Assembly: GCF_018977255.1 (NCBI RefSeq)
Contig: NW_024705515.1
Coordinates: 1-37,844 of the forward strand
DNA from: Callorhinchus milii
Lineage: Eukaryota
Length of the DNA stretch: 37,844 bases
Reading direction: 5' to 3'
Of this stretch, positions 11,846 through 25,119 are shown piece by piece. The notes beneath the pieces are model-generated. The model did no database searches. It was not told the DNA's origin and saw only the letters and a program-made list of their open reading frames with translations. The position numbers and the translations under genes are program-made. How positions within the stretch are numbered: the stretch's first letter is position 1; each line of letters begins with the position of its first letter.

Positions 11846-12450
11846 TCTTTGGAAATAAAACGTGCTTAGTCTAATTCACCTGCCTTTCCCTGTACCACTT
11901 GGGATTAGTTCTAATTCACAAAGGAGAGGCAAGATTAAAGTGAGTTTACTTCAGAGAGTGGGAAATGAAATAATATTTAAAACAATAAACTATATTCACC
12001 CTGAACCAGACAACCGCACAGCAGCACAGACATTGGAGCTCAGCGCCTCAGGAGGACACGGGTACCCAGGGCAGGGTACAGACTTTGGAGCTCAGAGACT
12101 GTGGAGCTGATGGACATTCAGGGCAGACTCAATAACGGTTGAGACAAGAGGTGTTGGAGGTTACAAAGACAGAGTTACAGTAATCGTTTGAGTCCAGAGA
12201 TTATAACGGTAAAATTGAGCAGCTTCTATATTGGGAGATTTTGTGTTTCAACCAATGATAACCAGCGGCTTCTTTCAACGGAGCCAAGCGGCGAGACACT
12301 GAGAGCGCGTCCCAGTCACTACACTTAGAGGACAGGGGGAAATCGGCCAAAATCTGATGAACCAATGGTTAGTAAACCAGAAATAGAAAAGGAGAGACAC
12401 GAGGAGCTCTAAACAACGGCGACTGAAAGAGACAGAGAAAAAGACATGCT

Positions 12451-12695
12451 TCTCCAGCCCTGAGCCTCATCCTGCATCTGACCTTCTCCAGCCTGAGCCT
12501 CTCCAGCCTGCTCAGCCTAGCCTCTCCAGCCCTGAGCCTCTCCAGCAATGTACCTCTCCAGCCCTGAGCCTCTCCAGCCCTGAGCCTCTCCAGCCATGAA
12601 CACCTCCAGCCCTGAGCCTCTCCAGCCCGGAGCCTCTCCTGCCCTGAGTCTTTTTGGCCCTGAGCAACTCCGGTACCCAATCTTTCCAGCCCTAT
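12451..12695 (+). repeat. Minisatellite, unit ~CTCCAGCCCTGAGCCT
   Basis: About a dozen degenerate copies; they explain the LERLRAGEA repeats in ORF 12369-12872. Confidence 0.9.
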
Positions 12696-14270
12696 GTCCC
12701 AGGAGGCCTGAGTGGTAGCAGCAGCCCTCGTTTCCTGTGAAGCTTCTGAGCTCTGAAGCGGCTCAGCTCTGAGATATAATATGAGTGTTGTGTCGCTTGG
12801 CGCTCTCTCTGTTTCCCTCTTTCTCTCTCTCTGGTAACAACAACCGTAAACACACAACAAATGATTCCACAATCTTATGTGTTATACTGTGAAACCACTT
12901 ATATTGCTGCAGGAGATGCTGGAGGAGTTTTGCTTAGAAACATTCTTAAAAAAATAATTGTTTGTTGTTGATGAGAATATAACTTTTGGTTCAATGTGGC
13001 TTCACATCGCTGCAGGTCGCCTGTAATTGCTCGGTTGATGTGCAGGATGTGACTATATTCTGTGCGGCATCTGTGTTCATGGCCTAGATGTGTTTGTATT
13101 CTGAGCGCCGCTGTTTGTGTTTGTGTATGTCTGTATTTTTATACCTGATGTGTAACTGGCTTTTCATGTTGCGGCATATGTTTATATAATGTGTGTGTGT
13201 GTGCTTGTGAATGTGTGTGTATGCATTTGTGTATGTGTGCGGGAGTTTGGTGTCGTTGTACATGGTGTGTTGCTAGTTTTAGTGTAGTGTAAATATCCGC
13301 TGCAGTGTTTCAATCCTCTGTAAGTTTGTGCTGTAACCGCTCTGACTGGCAGCTACTGAACTGTGGAGCCTGATGTGATTGACTCGCTCCCATCTCCCCA
13401 TTTGGAGCAAGAGTTTCACATTCAATAGGAAACCGATCAATATTCTCGGAGGCATTTTGATTTGCTGGGATACCCTTAAAGTACTTTTTACACAGAATAT
13501 CTTGTCGGCTGCATTTTGTATCTGTTCACGTCGTGTAACAGACTATCACCAAGACAGTAAAATAGGGAGACTATATTCTGGGGTATCTGCACTCATAATC
13601 TTGACTGCTTTATACAAGGCACAGGGAGAAGGTGGCAGAGTCACTGTGTGTGTCAGACATTTACACTGTGAATGCAGTCAGGATGACTGAAACCTTGACC
13701 TGTCCCTTCACTGGGGAGAGGTCTGGGTGAGGGTGTGTTGAAGTTGAGCAGCACTGGGCCCCACGCTCTCTGCCGCTGGTGATCAGACACAGAGGCTGAG
13801 AAGATTCCACAATAAACTCACAGACTCTCACTGTGTCGCTGCTCAGGCGCCGCGCCCACCATTAGGAGGTGTTTCTCATTGTCCTTATTTATGTATAAAA
13901 TATATCTGTGTACTTCAACTTAAGGTCCAAATCTTTTATTTAAATTAAAAGTTGTATTCATGTGCTGATGCCTAAGCTTGTCTCGATTTTTAAACAGGAG
14001 CCAGAGTCATCTCACCCCCTCCTTCTATAGTGATGGCCTACAGTGTCATCATTCACAAGGTCAACATTGATCACTTTCCTTTCAATACCCGAAAGAGGAA
14101 GGAGAGATTATATATAACCATTCAAACTTTATTTTAAAAATGATCAAGTAAGACAATGAACAGTTGTGCTAACATAATTATTTTTTATTTTAAACTGTAT
14201 TTCTGATCACATTTTATACAAGGCTTTGAGCAAGTTTCTCTTAAACCAACACACACCTGCATTACGATTT

Positions 14271-14596
14271 AAGAACATCAGAATTTCTTCGGCTGAAAAA
14301 GACCATGGTCCTTCAAGTTCGCCTTCCACCATCCGGACAGACGCTTCAAATGTCTTTTGCCAAACCATATACTGTGTCCCGAGACATTATTTTCTTGCAG
14401 AAACCTATCTTAGCTGATACTGAAATAAAGCACTTTTTTCTTCACGGTCTCGCTATGCAAACTGTTCCACAAGTTTACTCCTCGTGCACAGAAGTAATGT
14501 TGCAGAAGATTTCTTCTGAATTTACCCTCCTTCATCGCAGGCCGTGTCCTCTGGTTCCACTGTTCAGTACAAGATAAAACAGCTTTTCATATTCCT
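14271..14596 (-). mobile_element. CR1-clade LINE 3' fragment
   Basis: Minus strand reads KLFYLVLNSGTRGHGL..GKFRRNLLQHYFCARGVNLWNSL (CR1 ORF2 C-terminal TRGH...WNxL motif), then a 3' UTR ending TTCTGATGTTCTT. Confidence 0.75.
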
Positions 14597-14909
14597 CATT
14601 TTACCGCCATTGGCTGCTACGTTTTGACCCCAAAATATTCAGTCACTTCACTTGGTCGTGTATTCTGTGAAGCGCTTTGAGACGTCTCAATTAAATGATC
14701 AGGCGCTATAACATTGGTTCGTGTTATTACATGCAATGCAATGTAAAATGATGGAAATGTATAGATTGCAAAGTGTGTGGATCAAATTGTGCGTCCATCT
14801 CCCATCAAACACGAGAGAGATTTGGGGCCCTGAACACACGGGCTGCTCATTGATCCACATTCCCCCCTCACATACTCCAATAACAGTAATCTCAACTCAT
14901 GAGCCACAT

Positions 14910-15166
14910 TTCCGCCATTGGTCTCTCAGGAAGCACGATCAAAGAGAAAAGACGGGCAATTATATCCATATACGGTAATATCACCGCTCATTGGTGAATC
15001 TTATGAGGCGAATGCTTCATTTTATACATATCAACAATCTATTGGTTATATGGACAGAGACATTGGTTTGTGGTGAGCTGTTGTCCGGTGCTGGAGGGTC
15101 AAGACTGCAGTGGTTGTAAGCACTCGCTTGATATCCCTCACATTACTATCACACTGTCCAGTTGTG
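14910..15166 (+). promoter_or_regulatory. Candidate promoter/5' UTR of the SRCR gene
   Basis: Four inverted CCAAT boxes (ATTGG at 14917, 14990, 15041, 15062), CAGGAAG ETS-like (~14927) and TGTGGT RUNX-like (15069) motifs just upstream of the signal-peptide ATG. Function is inferred. Confidence 0.45.
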
Positions 15167-15212
15167 ATGCTGCGGTCACTGGTCATCTACCTTCTTCTCC
15201 ATATACTGACAT
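15167..15212 (+). CDS. SRCR gene exon 1: signal peptide MLRSLVIYLLLHILT(C)
   Basis: ATG, hydrophobic run, consensus donor GTAAGT in phase 1. Splices in frame to 23296, giving MLRSLVIYLLLHILTCPQVDS|QAKKLDHLRLV with a V-x-S cleavage-type motif. Confidence 0.75.
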
Positions 15213-17392
15213 GTAAGTTAATGTTTTCTGATATATCTTCAACAAAATCATACTGTGTGTTATTATTAAGAATTACGGAAGGTGATTAATCTCTGTTAGT
15301 CCTGACCACTTTACACACTGATCGTGTAATAGAATCAAGTTATATTTACTGAATTGCAATTTGGTATATGGCGTTTCATGGTGTTGGTAAATTTTAAAGT
15401 GAAAAAAAGGGAAACGGGCAAAAGAAAGTTGTATTTTTGATCAAAATATGGGAAATATTTGGATGATCATTTTCCCAATCATTCACGAATAAAAAATGTT
15501 TTGTCTGAAAAACGGATTGCTGTGCAACTACATAAACCATTTCTCATATAGTGAAAACTGTTTTAAATATTGAATTCAACGCATTGGAAGCAATTGCCTG
15601 TGAGTCCTGGAGCAATGTGAATGGTCAGCAATGGTCAGTGTTGTAATTCTAAGCAGATTGTGTGTCGTGTGAATTTTACAATATGTTTGATGGTTTTACA
15701 CAATGCATTAAATATTATTCTGGCTTGGTTGTTGGTTTGTTTTACTTTACACTTCAAATATGAGCAGTGTATCAGCAATAACTAATATGTATTGAATTGA
15801 ATTCCCTGCTGTTGGTGGAGTCCACAGTAGCTCTTGATTTAAAGTTAAATAGTTGAATGGATTATGAAAAAATTAAGCTTTTTTGATTGAAAGTTACATG
15901 CATATTACTCGCATGTGAAGGAAGGTTTCAACACAAATATTGCCTTTCCGCATAGGGTACTCTGGCTTTTCATCAGAGGGGAAAGAGGCAGAGAGTTGGG
16001 GGGAAAGAGGTATCGGGTCGGGGGGAATGAGGGATGGAGTTCCCGTGCGCGGATACTGAATGGCTGAATCTATTGCTATCTTGAGTTGAGTATTTTGCTT
16101 TATTTATTGACCCAAAAGAAAAGGATCGACTGTTGTTTTCGAAGAACTACAATTGACAATGAAGACCTTACACTGATGGACTTGGTCCTCTCACAGTGAA
16201 GCTGTTTCTGGGGCCATTTTCCCCTGTTCAGTACATGCATTGCTCTGAGCAATGAAAATACACTTGTTTCGTGAGACACACAGAACGACAAATACAAGGA
16301 TTGAACTTGTCCTTCAATTTAACATTTTATCCAAATAATATTGATTCCGTCATAATAAAATGAAAGCTAAAGTTTTTGAAAACAGTGGCAAATAAGCAAT
16401 TTGTAAAAGTAAATTGGTTTACATAAAGAAATGAAGAATCGTTGAGTTAAACACATCAGTAACTGTTCCATTCCAGTGCATGATATTTAAGTATTTATTT
16501 GCTCATTGCTCTTGATAGCGGTACATAAGTAGATTTTTTTCTGCACTGATTTAGAAGCGGAGATAAGAAAATGCTGATTCTTTCAAAGATATTTACAAAT
16601 TCTAAAGCATTTTCAACATCATTTTTTTTTTTTTCTTCTACTTTTTAATCTAAAGATTTTACTTTCCATTCTATAAGAAGCCAATACACATGGGGTTTAT
16701 GCACAGCTCCCAGTCCCCGTGTTGTAAACACCGGCTGAAGCTTCCCGTCCTGCGCCGCTGCTATTGACGGTAATCGATCTGGAGGATTGGATCATCACAG
16801 ACTGAGAGCATTAACTTAGCGACAGCCGAGGGCAGGTCCCTGAGAAAAACATACATTAAATCAGTAACATAGGGACCATCATCACAGAACCATAGCCAGA
16901 GCCCGCCGCCCTGTGTGTGTGTCTCTGTGTCTCTGTCCTCACTGTAACTGCAGCTGAGATACAATAGCAGGTTTACAGGACAGTGTCGGGGAATGGCTTC
17001 ACCGCTCTGACCCTCAGCGGCTTTGATGTTTATGAACACAACATGACGAGGAGTGAAAAAGAAAATAAATAAATAAAAGTGAACACATGCAGGAGAAGCA
17101 TATTCAACACTCTACCTCCCTTGTTGCAGATATACTAAACAATATTTCTTCACGTTCAGTATTGGTTATAATAAGGAAAATAATAATACAGTTGTCTGTT
17201 CGGGTGAGTTAAAAAACAATAATTCTTGCATTTGTTGTCGTGACTGATCATGTCTCCAAGACAACTCAGAGCGTTTCACATGATGCATCGTCAATTAAAT
17301 TGACTTTGAAGAGAATTGCAGCTTCTAATTGTGCACAGCCGTGTCCAACACAGATTTGAATTGAGTAATCATATTATTATTATTATTATTTG

Positions 17393-17990
17393 ACCAATGC
17401 TCTGTTAGCCTGACTCCCCAGCTCTTCCCTACACAAGCTGCAGCCCAGCCAGATCCTGCAGCTCTTGTCCTCTCCAGCACCAGCCATGGCAGTCTGTCAG
17501 TGCTGCCTCACATGTCTATTTGGAGAAGACGGGACCCACAGGGGTCCGGGTGATCTGCAGCTTGTGTTTGGAAGAGCTGTATAGACCAAACTTCTCCAGG
17601 ATAAAAGATGCTCAATTGGATCTGCTGGTGGATTTGGAGCCAGAACAAGATTGTATGCAATTTTTTTCCTGGAGTTTAAGTCCCTGCGTGGCCTCGTTCC
17701 ACTGAACATCATCCACAGTCCCACGGCCTGACTGCTCCCTCGGCAGCTCAATTCCCCACCACCTGCTCACCAGTGTTCAGCTGTTCAGGCCCCGCTGTCT
17801 GCCATCACCTCCCGCAGCCTCTCCCCCTCCACATTGGCTCTTTTTAACCCGCCTTAAATGTTCCCTTTCCACCCGACTCTGGTGGTCTTTCTCTCATCCT
17901 TCCTCAGTTCCCCCACCGCGGCTCCCTCTCCCTTCCCGCTGTGTCAGGCGGTTTGAGACGTTATCTCACTGTGAAATTCGCTGTATCATT
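17393..17990 (+). mobile_element. Highly degraded L2 3' fragment with an unrelated insert (~17495-17680)
   Basis: cacaagctgcag..ctgcagctc..tcc.gcaccag matches L2 at ~6950-7000; ends in a gcggtttgagacg..gtgaaattcgct tail. Confidence 0.6.
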
Positions 17991-18909
17991 TTCAAATGAT
18001 TGTTCTTTCTGCAGATTAATGAAAATATAGGAAATAACAGAACAAACGCATGGATTATATTGGCGATCTGTTCATGTTTTAAACATATTATCAATAAAAT
18101 ATTACTGTCCTACCTGTAAAATAAATTAGCATTACATTGTTTTGTCTCATATATATATAAATATATATATATGGTTGTATTGAATTAAAATGTGAGGATT
18201 GTTTCTGATGAATTAGTCAGTGAATTTATTGCAGATAGTCAAGTGCTTAAACAATATGTGTGCTGTGATGGTATCCAAATACATTCACGTCAAATGTAAA
18301 GGTAATTTGCAGATTAATCATCATATAGTGTAAGAAGGCCCTAAACCATCTGAAGGCAGCAAAGCAAAGTATGTTTTTTATTCATTTCAAGATCTTTGAA
18401 TACAGTGCATCAATCAGATTTTCCATGCCATTCGAGGGGACATCCTGATTAATTTAGATATAAATGTTCTTCAAAAAAACTGTCATTATTTAGAAACATT
18501 TAGTTTGAATTGAGGTCATATTCTTATATACATGATTTTCCGACTTGAGGAATCTGAAGGTGGATGTTAAGAACATAATGCATCATTGAGATTGTGAAGT
18601 CAGTGTAAAGGAAAGTATGAACATCTGCTGTTTCATCTGATGTTACGCAGGTGGTGGGAAGTTACAATCTTTCACATCTTTGTCAGTGCGACTTTTAATG
18701 CATGTGAACACCAAAAGCTATAGCCTCGGCAATGACTTCTCAAGGCTTCAGATATTCATGAATATTGTGTATTTTAAATGTAGTTTTGATATAATTGAGA
18801 TTGTAAGCGGTATTGCTCACAGTTATGGATTAGGGGCATCAATAATGAAGAATTCAGCTAAATGGTAGTGATGAAAGTACAGAAATGCCCAAGGACAGTT
18901 ATTATCTTG

Positions 18910-19210
18910 TCCGCTCCCTACCCTCAGGAGGATCTGGCCTTCTCCACACCCCCCGCCCGGCCTACCCCACCATCGGCTTTGAGCTCCTTGGCCCACAACG
19001 CCTGGAGCTCCCACAGTCCCTTCATCTCGCTCCCTCCTTTGCCTCCATCAAAACACGTCTCAACTCCCTCCTCTTCAACCGCGCATTAGTCCAGGCAGCT
19101 CCCTCTCCCCTCCCTGCCCTCCATCACCCTGATTCCAACCTCCAGCTCGGGGCCCAATACCTGAGGTCCTCCCGATGTGAAAGACACTTTACAAATGTAA
19201 TGCTGTTGTT
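18910..19210 (+). mobile_element. Degraded L2 3' end fragment
   Basis: Peptide RSLPSGGSGLLHTPRPAYPTIG..LHLAPSFASIKTRLNSLLFNRA; tail tcctcccgatgtgaaag..tgttgtt. Confidence 0.8.
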
Positions 19211-19459
19211 TTATCATTAACAGTGTTGCATTAGTGCAAAATTGCCATGTGTAGCATTTTGGAAGTTGTAATTCATTAATAGGTTTACAAGAAGCTTGTT
19301 TAAGCAAACCAGAACAACACTGATATCAATGTAAATAACAAACTAATAAAACTGATCTAGAATAACTAACACATTAATTATTGAAAAGCTTTCAGCTACA
19401 GAACAGGTATTTCCCTTTGTGCGTTGCGTATCCTGCTCAGTCACTCTCTTGCTCATTCT

Positions 19460-19850
19460 CTCGCCTTCGAGTCAGGAGGATGTGGGTTGGAGTCCCAACT
19501 CTAACCCCCTCCTCCCCACCCCGCCACCCATCATAAACTCCAACGCCACCACACACACACGCGCCCGAGACTCTCAGCTCAAATTCCAGGCTATCGCTCC
19601 AGGTCAACGATGGTGGTGGGTGGGGAGCTTGGGGAGGTTGTATTTGGGGGAGTGGAGGGGTAACTGGAGCGCACCTCATTGTAGAAGTCACAAAATCATC
19701 TTACAAAATTATAATTTGGTCACTTAATCCACGACTGTTTGGGGGCTGCTGCGTGAGCCCAATAGCTGCTGAATTTTCACCCGCAGAAGACACACTCACT
19801 GCACTTTACAGTATAATGTGCGAAGCGCTTTGAGACGACTCAGTGATGTG
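19460..19850 (+). mobile_element. Old degenerate SINE (related shorter remnant at ~20110-20278)
   Basis: tcgcct..gagtcaggaggatgtgggtt head-like part, atccacgactgtttggggg core and gaagcgctttgagacg tail. Confidence 0.6.
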
Positions 19851-21619
19851 ATACTTGACGGTGGATTTTAAAAACATGCTTTATCGTCAAGTTTATGAAG
19901 TGAGTGCAAAGGAAAATAGGAACATCGGCTGTTTAACCTCACACTAGTCAGCTCCTCGCCAGTTGCAAACTTCCACATCTTTGACAATGTCATTAATAGA
20001 TTCACAAATTTGATCTAAGATTACTAATACGTTTATAATTAAAAAGCTTCCAACAACAAGATTCTCATTTTTCGGCTACAGCTGCGTGTCCGGCTCTTGC
20101 TCTCTCTCTCTCGCCTCCGAGTCAGGAGGATGTGGGTTCGGTCCGCAGCTGTTTGGGGGATACTGCTGTGCACAGTTGCACCCCGAAACGATACAGTCGA
20201 TAAACTTTACACTATATTTTCTGAAGCGCTTTGAGACGTCTCAATGATATAATCAGGCGCGATATCCAATGCAAGAAACACTTTTAGTGTTAGTAATCTT
20301 ATATGAATATATATAATATATATACTTATATATAATGTGTGATATATATATATATATATCACCATTTCACGAAGACTTATTGCACCTTGTAATTCTATCA
20401 CGATCATTTGATCATAATATATATTGTGTCAAGCTCGGTCAGGAGGTATCGCCATCTGAGAGAGAAGGCTTTGCCCCCAGTCATGGCTTTGAATTTAATT
20501 TGTCCCGTGGTGACGCTCCAGTGCAGAGCGGGAGTGTCCTGGATTGTCCGGTGCACTTCCCATGGAACATTATAGAAAGTCATTTCTACCCGTTCAAATA
20601 TCCCATAGCACTATTCCAAAAGAGGATGCAGTTTCTCTTTTTCTGTGTCTTGGCCACCAGTCCCCCAAATAAAATTGGTCAATTGCAGCATCACTGTTAA
20701 TACAACAGAGTTGCACACAATTGAGAGCCGGCTTCGCCCAGTGGCCACAAAATGATACAATATTGTATGTCCATTTGCCGAAAACAATATTATATTCGAA
20801 TACATTTTAATGACTTACTTATTTCACTACCAGAAATGTAATACTTTTTTTTTTCTTTGGGTGCATTACAATTAACTCAGCAATAAGTGTATGACGACAC
20901 GAGGTTAAGAAGCAGATTTCAGTGAACGTCCTATGAGAATCAGATCTGTAGCAGTGTATACAATTGATGGATTTTGTGATGGTCGTTTTAGGAGGCAGAA
21001 TATTTGTTGTTACATTTTTAGCAATATTAATTATACATTATAGTTATAAACACATCTTTTATATGGTAAAGATGCGGAAAGATCGTGGAATGTAGTTAAA
21101 TGACTGACAGGTTTTTAAGTGTCGAGAAAGTTGACATTAATTATGGGACAGCAAGCTCTGAATTGTATTGAGAATAATCTTTATAATTGGTGTTGCTTCT
21201 TTCACTCTCTTATATTGCGCAGATAGTGCTTGAAAGGATGCAATATTAAGTAGAATGATTCTGTATATTTCGAGCAATTTGTGCATAGCAATGTCCCAGA
21301 AATTGCAATGAAGGAATGGCCATTTTTGAAGCCGTATGACGTCACTTCAGTTGATTCAGTTTCAATCTTTCTTCATTGAATTTATTGGTTAAACACTTGT
21401 GGATTAGAATTGAAACATCCTTTCAAATATCACTAATTTCCAACTCTTTGATTTGAAGATAGATCAAGTGGATTTAATGGACACAGTGAACCTGACTTAC
21501 TTTTCTGTTCAAATACCTACAGAATAGCGACATCTCATAATTTTTATTCTTCAATTTACCAAAGAAGGACAATTAACTAAACCGGAATCCGTATCGTTGA
21601 CAATAGTAGGATATTTCCT

Positions 21620-21730
21620 CCACAAATATGTGGTCAATTCACTTTCCAATCTATTCTGTGAAGCGCTTTGAAACGTCGTGAAGACGTGAAAAGCGCTACA
21701 TCAAATGCAAGGATTATTGTTATCATTGTT
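21620..21730 (+). mobile_element. SINE 3' tail fragment
   Basis: cacaaatat..tcaattcacttt..tgtgaagcgctttgaaacgtc..gacgtgaaaagcgctacatcaaatgcaaggattatt. Confidence 0.85.
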
Positions 21731-23295
21731 TTATTCATTAGAAACATAAATAGAAAAATGTAATGCACAAGCAATAATAGGAATTAAACACTTGCACAGA
21801 AGTGTAGGTTGGGATCAATATCCCAAAAATTCTTTATAATCTAATATCTTTCACTTGCAGAAGATTCTCAAGATGCGTCATACGATTTCCAGTATAGTAT
21901 GCTTTATAGGCGAAACTGGCAACAAATGCGCACAGCAAATGCCCATCAATAAAAATACAATAAAATATAAGTTGCTACAAATGTTGGCCAGTACACACGG
22001 ATAATTCGCTTCCAATAATATAATGGGAAGAATGGGATAATTAACATATGCCAGAATAGGGCACAGATGTACCTCATTATATTGGATAATTGCCTCTCCA
22101 CAGACAGGGCAGTGCAACGTCCAAACACATCCAAATTAATGCTTTGTGCTCTGCAACTATCAAGATATTTTGTTCCACTTGATATTCCATTAAGACTTGC
22201 GTGCTCTGCCCCTTTGCTTCAGGAAATTTTGTTGCAGCTATCGAGGAGCTAAATGATCATCTCTCCTCCACTTTCAACTCATTTCTCATATGAAAACTAC
22301 GGTCAACTCCAAACGAAACACTTCCCCCGAAACAAGTGTCACCTTGGTATCTGAAATCCCAGGACCATATCGCCAAGGGAGATAACAATTACCTGCCGCA
22401 GGATTGACTGTCAGATTTCCCCCTTTGTCACTCCTGAGGTATGGTGCCAAAAAGTGAATGGCGTGCTCAACGTAGGTCTGTCCAGTGATCACAACTATTT
22501 TCCATTTTCATCACTAAACCTCCCTCGAAAGCCTTCCATCTTCACTTAAAGTGCCAAATTAAATGAGATCACGAACTTCTATCAGATTTCCAGATAGACA
22601 GCTTCAATTCAGAACAACTCGCTGTGACCGAAACCATTTGATTAATTTACTTGTGTTATTGGGATGTAGAATTTGCTATCACATAAAGTGTTCTAAATAA
22701 GATCCACTTTGAGTCGAAACTGAAAGAGAAGCAGCTTGAATTCACATAGCACAACAACAACTCGGAGTTCTTAAAGTTGCTAAACTTGATGATGAATCAG
22801 GGAGAGTCGGGAGGTCATCAAACTACTCGCTACCTTGTGATCATGGTGCCTTACAAATGCAACTTGTTGCAATTATTTGAGTTTTTGCATCAAGATCGAT
22901 ATATGTGGACGGACCGAGGGAAGGAAAGAAGACCTGAGGTTGAGGGAATATGTATGAGTATAGAAAAGTATATGAAAGACCAGGCTTAAAAAGGGTAGGA
23001 TCAGGGATGGGTAGAAATACGGAATGAACAGCTTGCTGTGAGAGCACGAACAAACGTGGTGTGTGAAATGGCCTCCACTGATCACTGCTGTAAATATCTC
23101 CGATTCTTCTGGCACGTTTCCACCTCTGGCTGTTTGTGATTATATGAAACTTATGCCGTCTGATCACTGACTCATGGACTAACGACAATAATATTATGAG
23201 TTTCAGCTTATTTCACTATGCATATATCACCTAATTGAACATCATCCGAAGTAATCTTCTAAAATATCTAACTGACGAAACCTTTTCTGTTTCAG

Positions 23296-23328
23296 GTCCA
23301 CAAGTCGATAGTCAAGCTAAGAAATTAG
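23296..23328 (+). CDS. SRCR gene exon 2 (33 nt, phase 1-1): (C)PQVDSQAKKL(D)
   Basis: Acceptor ccttttctgtttcag, donor gtgaga, open in phase 1, and in frame with exon 1 and SRCR-A. Confidence 0.75.
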   Translation, partial: VHKSIVKLRN

Positions 23329-23760
23329 GTGAGATTATTTTTGATAATTTATTCGTTCCGCAGCGCAACATTCACTAAAATACCATTACATCAAAACTAT
23401 GCTGCCAACACCAAACTCCGCACTCGCAACACTCCAGCCTCGGCTCATCCTCCCGACATAAGCGGTGTTAAATATAATGCAAATGCAATTTTCTGCAGCT
23501 TTTATACTTGCCAGTCTCCTTTGGCTTCCACTAGCAGAACAAATATTTTGAACGAGTGGAGTGGTTATTGAGGAAAAGTGTTCCAGTGTTTCTGGACAAG
23601 CTCTGCCCTGTTAAGGGTTCGGAGACACGATGAGATGTATTCAAGTTGCGGGAAAAGATCATCACATCAAAAGCAATACCTTGTTGTATTCTTTTATATA
23701 TGCAGCGCCTTTTTCACGACGGTTTATCGGTGATACGCTCTGCATACATACAAACAACAC

Positions 23761-24082
23761 AGTCCTGGAGCTCAGTGGTTAGAGCACTCGCTTTACAAGC
23801 GAGAGAGCTGAGTTCAATTCCACGTAGGGCGAAACCTTGGGCAAGTTTCCTTACTCCACACGCCTACTAATAATCCCTCCAAATAAACAACAAAAACAAT
23901 AATAAATTGGTCATTTTCAATCCACGGCTGTTTGTGGGACGCTGGTGTGCTCAATTGGCTGCTGCGTTCGCCCACAAATATACAGTTAATGCACTTTACA
24001 GTCTATACTGTGAAGCGCTTTGAGACGTCGAGAAGACGTGAAAAGCGCTATATCAAATGCAAGGATTGTTGTTATTATTATT
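23761..24082 (+). mobile_element. Full-length tRNA-derived SINE (intronic)
   Basis: A and B boxes, core and tail as in 631-995. Confidence 0.92.
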
Positions 24083-24756
24083 GTTTAAAAAACAAGAAAA
24101 TACTGTTCTTGTTGTGACGATCTATCCCGCAACTTCAAAACATGGCATCTTGGGTCTGTCCTTGTATTTTTTCTTTGCTTACAATCCTGAATTCAGACGA
24201 ATATTTCCTCTACTTGTGTGAATTTTAACCTCATATTTGTGGGAACGCTCAAGGCGATTTATGTCTTCCATGTGATCACGACAACTTTAATATATGCTGA
24301 CTGATTGTTTCACTGTGAGAAGTGTGTGAATGGAATCTAAACTGATCTGCTCCCAGATCCCCTTTTCACCACCTCATGTAATCTCCTATTTTAACCAATG
24401 CATGTAACACACGTTTAATATGCTCGTTCTGTACTTCAAACCATCTCAAGATTTATACGTTCCTCCAGCCTGCTCTCCCACCCAACTATCCACACCTCGA
24501 TTCCAGTCCACGTTCACCTTTCGGCTTGTATCAATTATACCGCACATTAATATGAATGAATGTTAGCTGACATGTGGGGACACCTCTATATGCCGCAACT
24601 CTTCCAGCGCTTCACAGAATTTACTGTTAAGAGCAGTGACTGTGCAGGCAAATGCGGCAGCTGGGTTACCTACAACGAGTATTACTATTATAATTATGAT
24701 TATCTTGCGTGATTGGAATGAAATACAAAGGCGTTTTGCTTTTGACATTTTTGCAG

Positions 24757-25119
24757 ATCATTTGAGGCTGGTGAATGGCAGCAGCCCCTGTGCCGGGAGA
24801 GTGGAGGTTTACCACGATGGGCAATGGGGCACAGTGTACGGTTCTGGCTGGGATCTGAAGGCCGCGGCTGTGGTGTGTAAGGAGTTGGGCTGTGGAGCCG
24901 CGCTCTCAGCACCAGGAGACGCTCACTTTGGCGAAGGCACTAGTCCCAAATTGACGTATAATGCTCAGTGCAAAGGGAACGAGTCTGCTCTGAGGGATTG
25001 CGAATCAGACAGGGGTGAAGATTCCGTGTTTTCGAAGTACTCTAAGTCCACTGAATCAGAGCATGATTACTATGAGTACTTTTCGTCAGACTCCTCTCAT
25101 GCCGGCGTCATCTGCTCAG
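24757..25119 (+). CDS. SRCR domain exon A (group B, lacks Cys2 and Cys7, extended acidic loop)
   Basis: tttttgcag acceptor, gtaaat donor, 363 nt; LRLVNGSSPCAGRVEVYHDGQWGTV..WD..AAVVCKELGCG..FGEG..C.G.E..L.DC..AGVICS. Confidence 0.95.

Noticed and set aside
12369..12872. 167-aa ORF with LERLRAGEA repeats
   Set aside because: Produced by the minisatellite.
15940..15980. Hammerhead-like CTGATGA...GAAA on the minus strand (Penelope relic?)
   Set aside because: The intervening sequence does not form stem II; at best a decayed relic.
21861..21896. 36-nt AG/GT-bounded micro-exon candidate (DSQDASYDFQY)
   Set aside because: Splicing to exon 1 creates TAA; exon 1 to 23296 gives a better product and there is no other support.
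24636..24756. Hydrophobic N-terminal extensions of the SRCR ORFs (apparent signal or TM segments)
   Set aside because: Intronic read-through of (ATT)-rich sequence upstream of clear splice acceptors.
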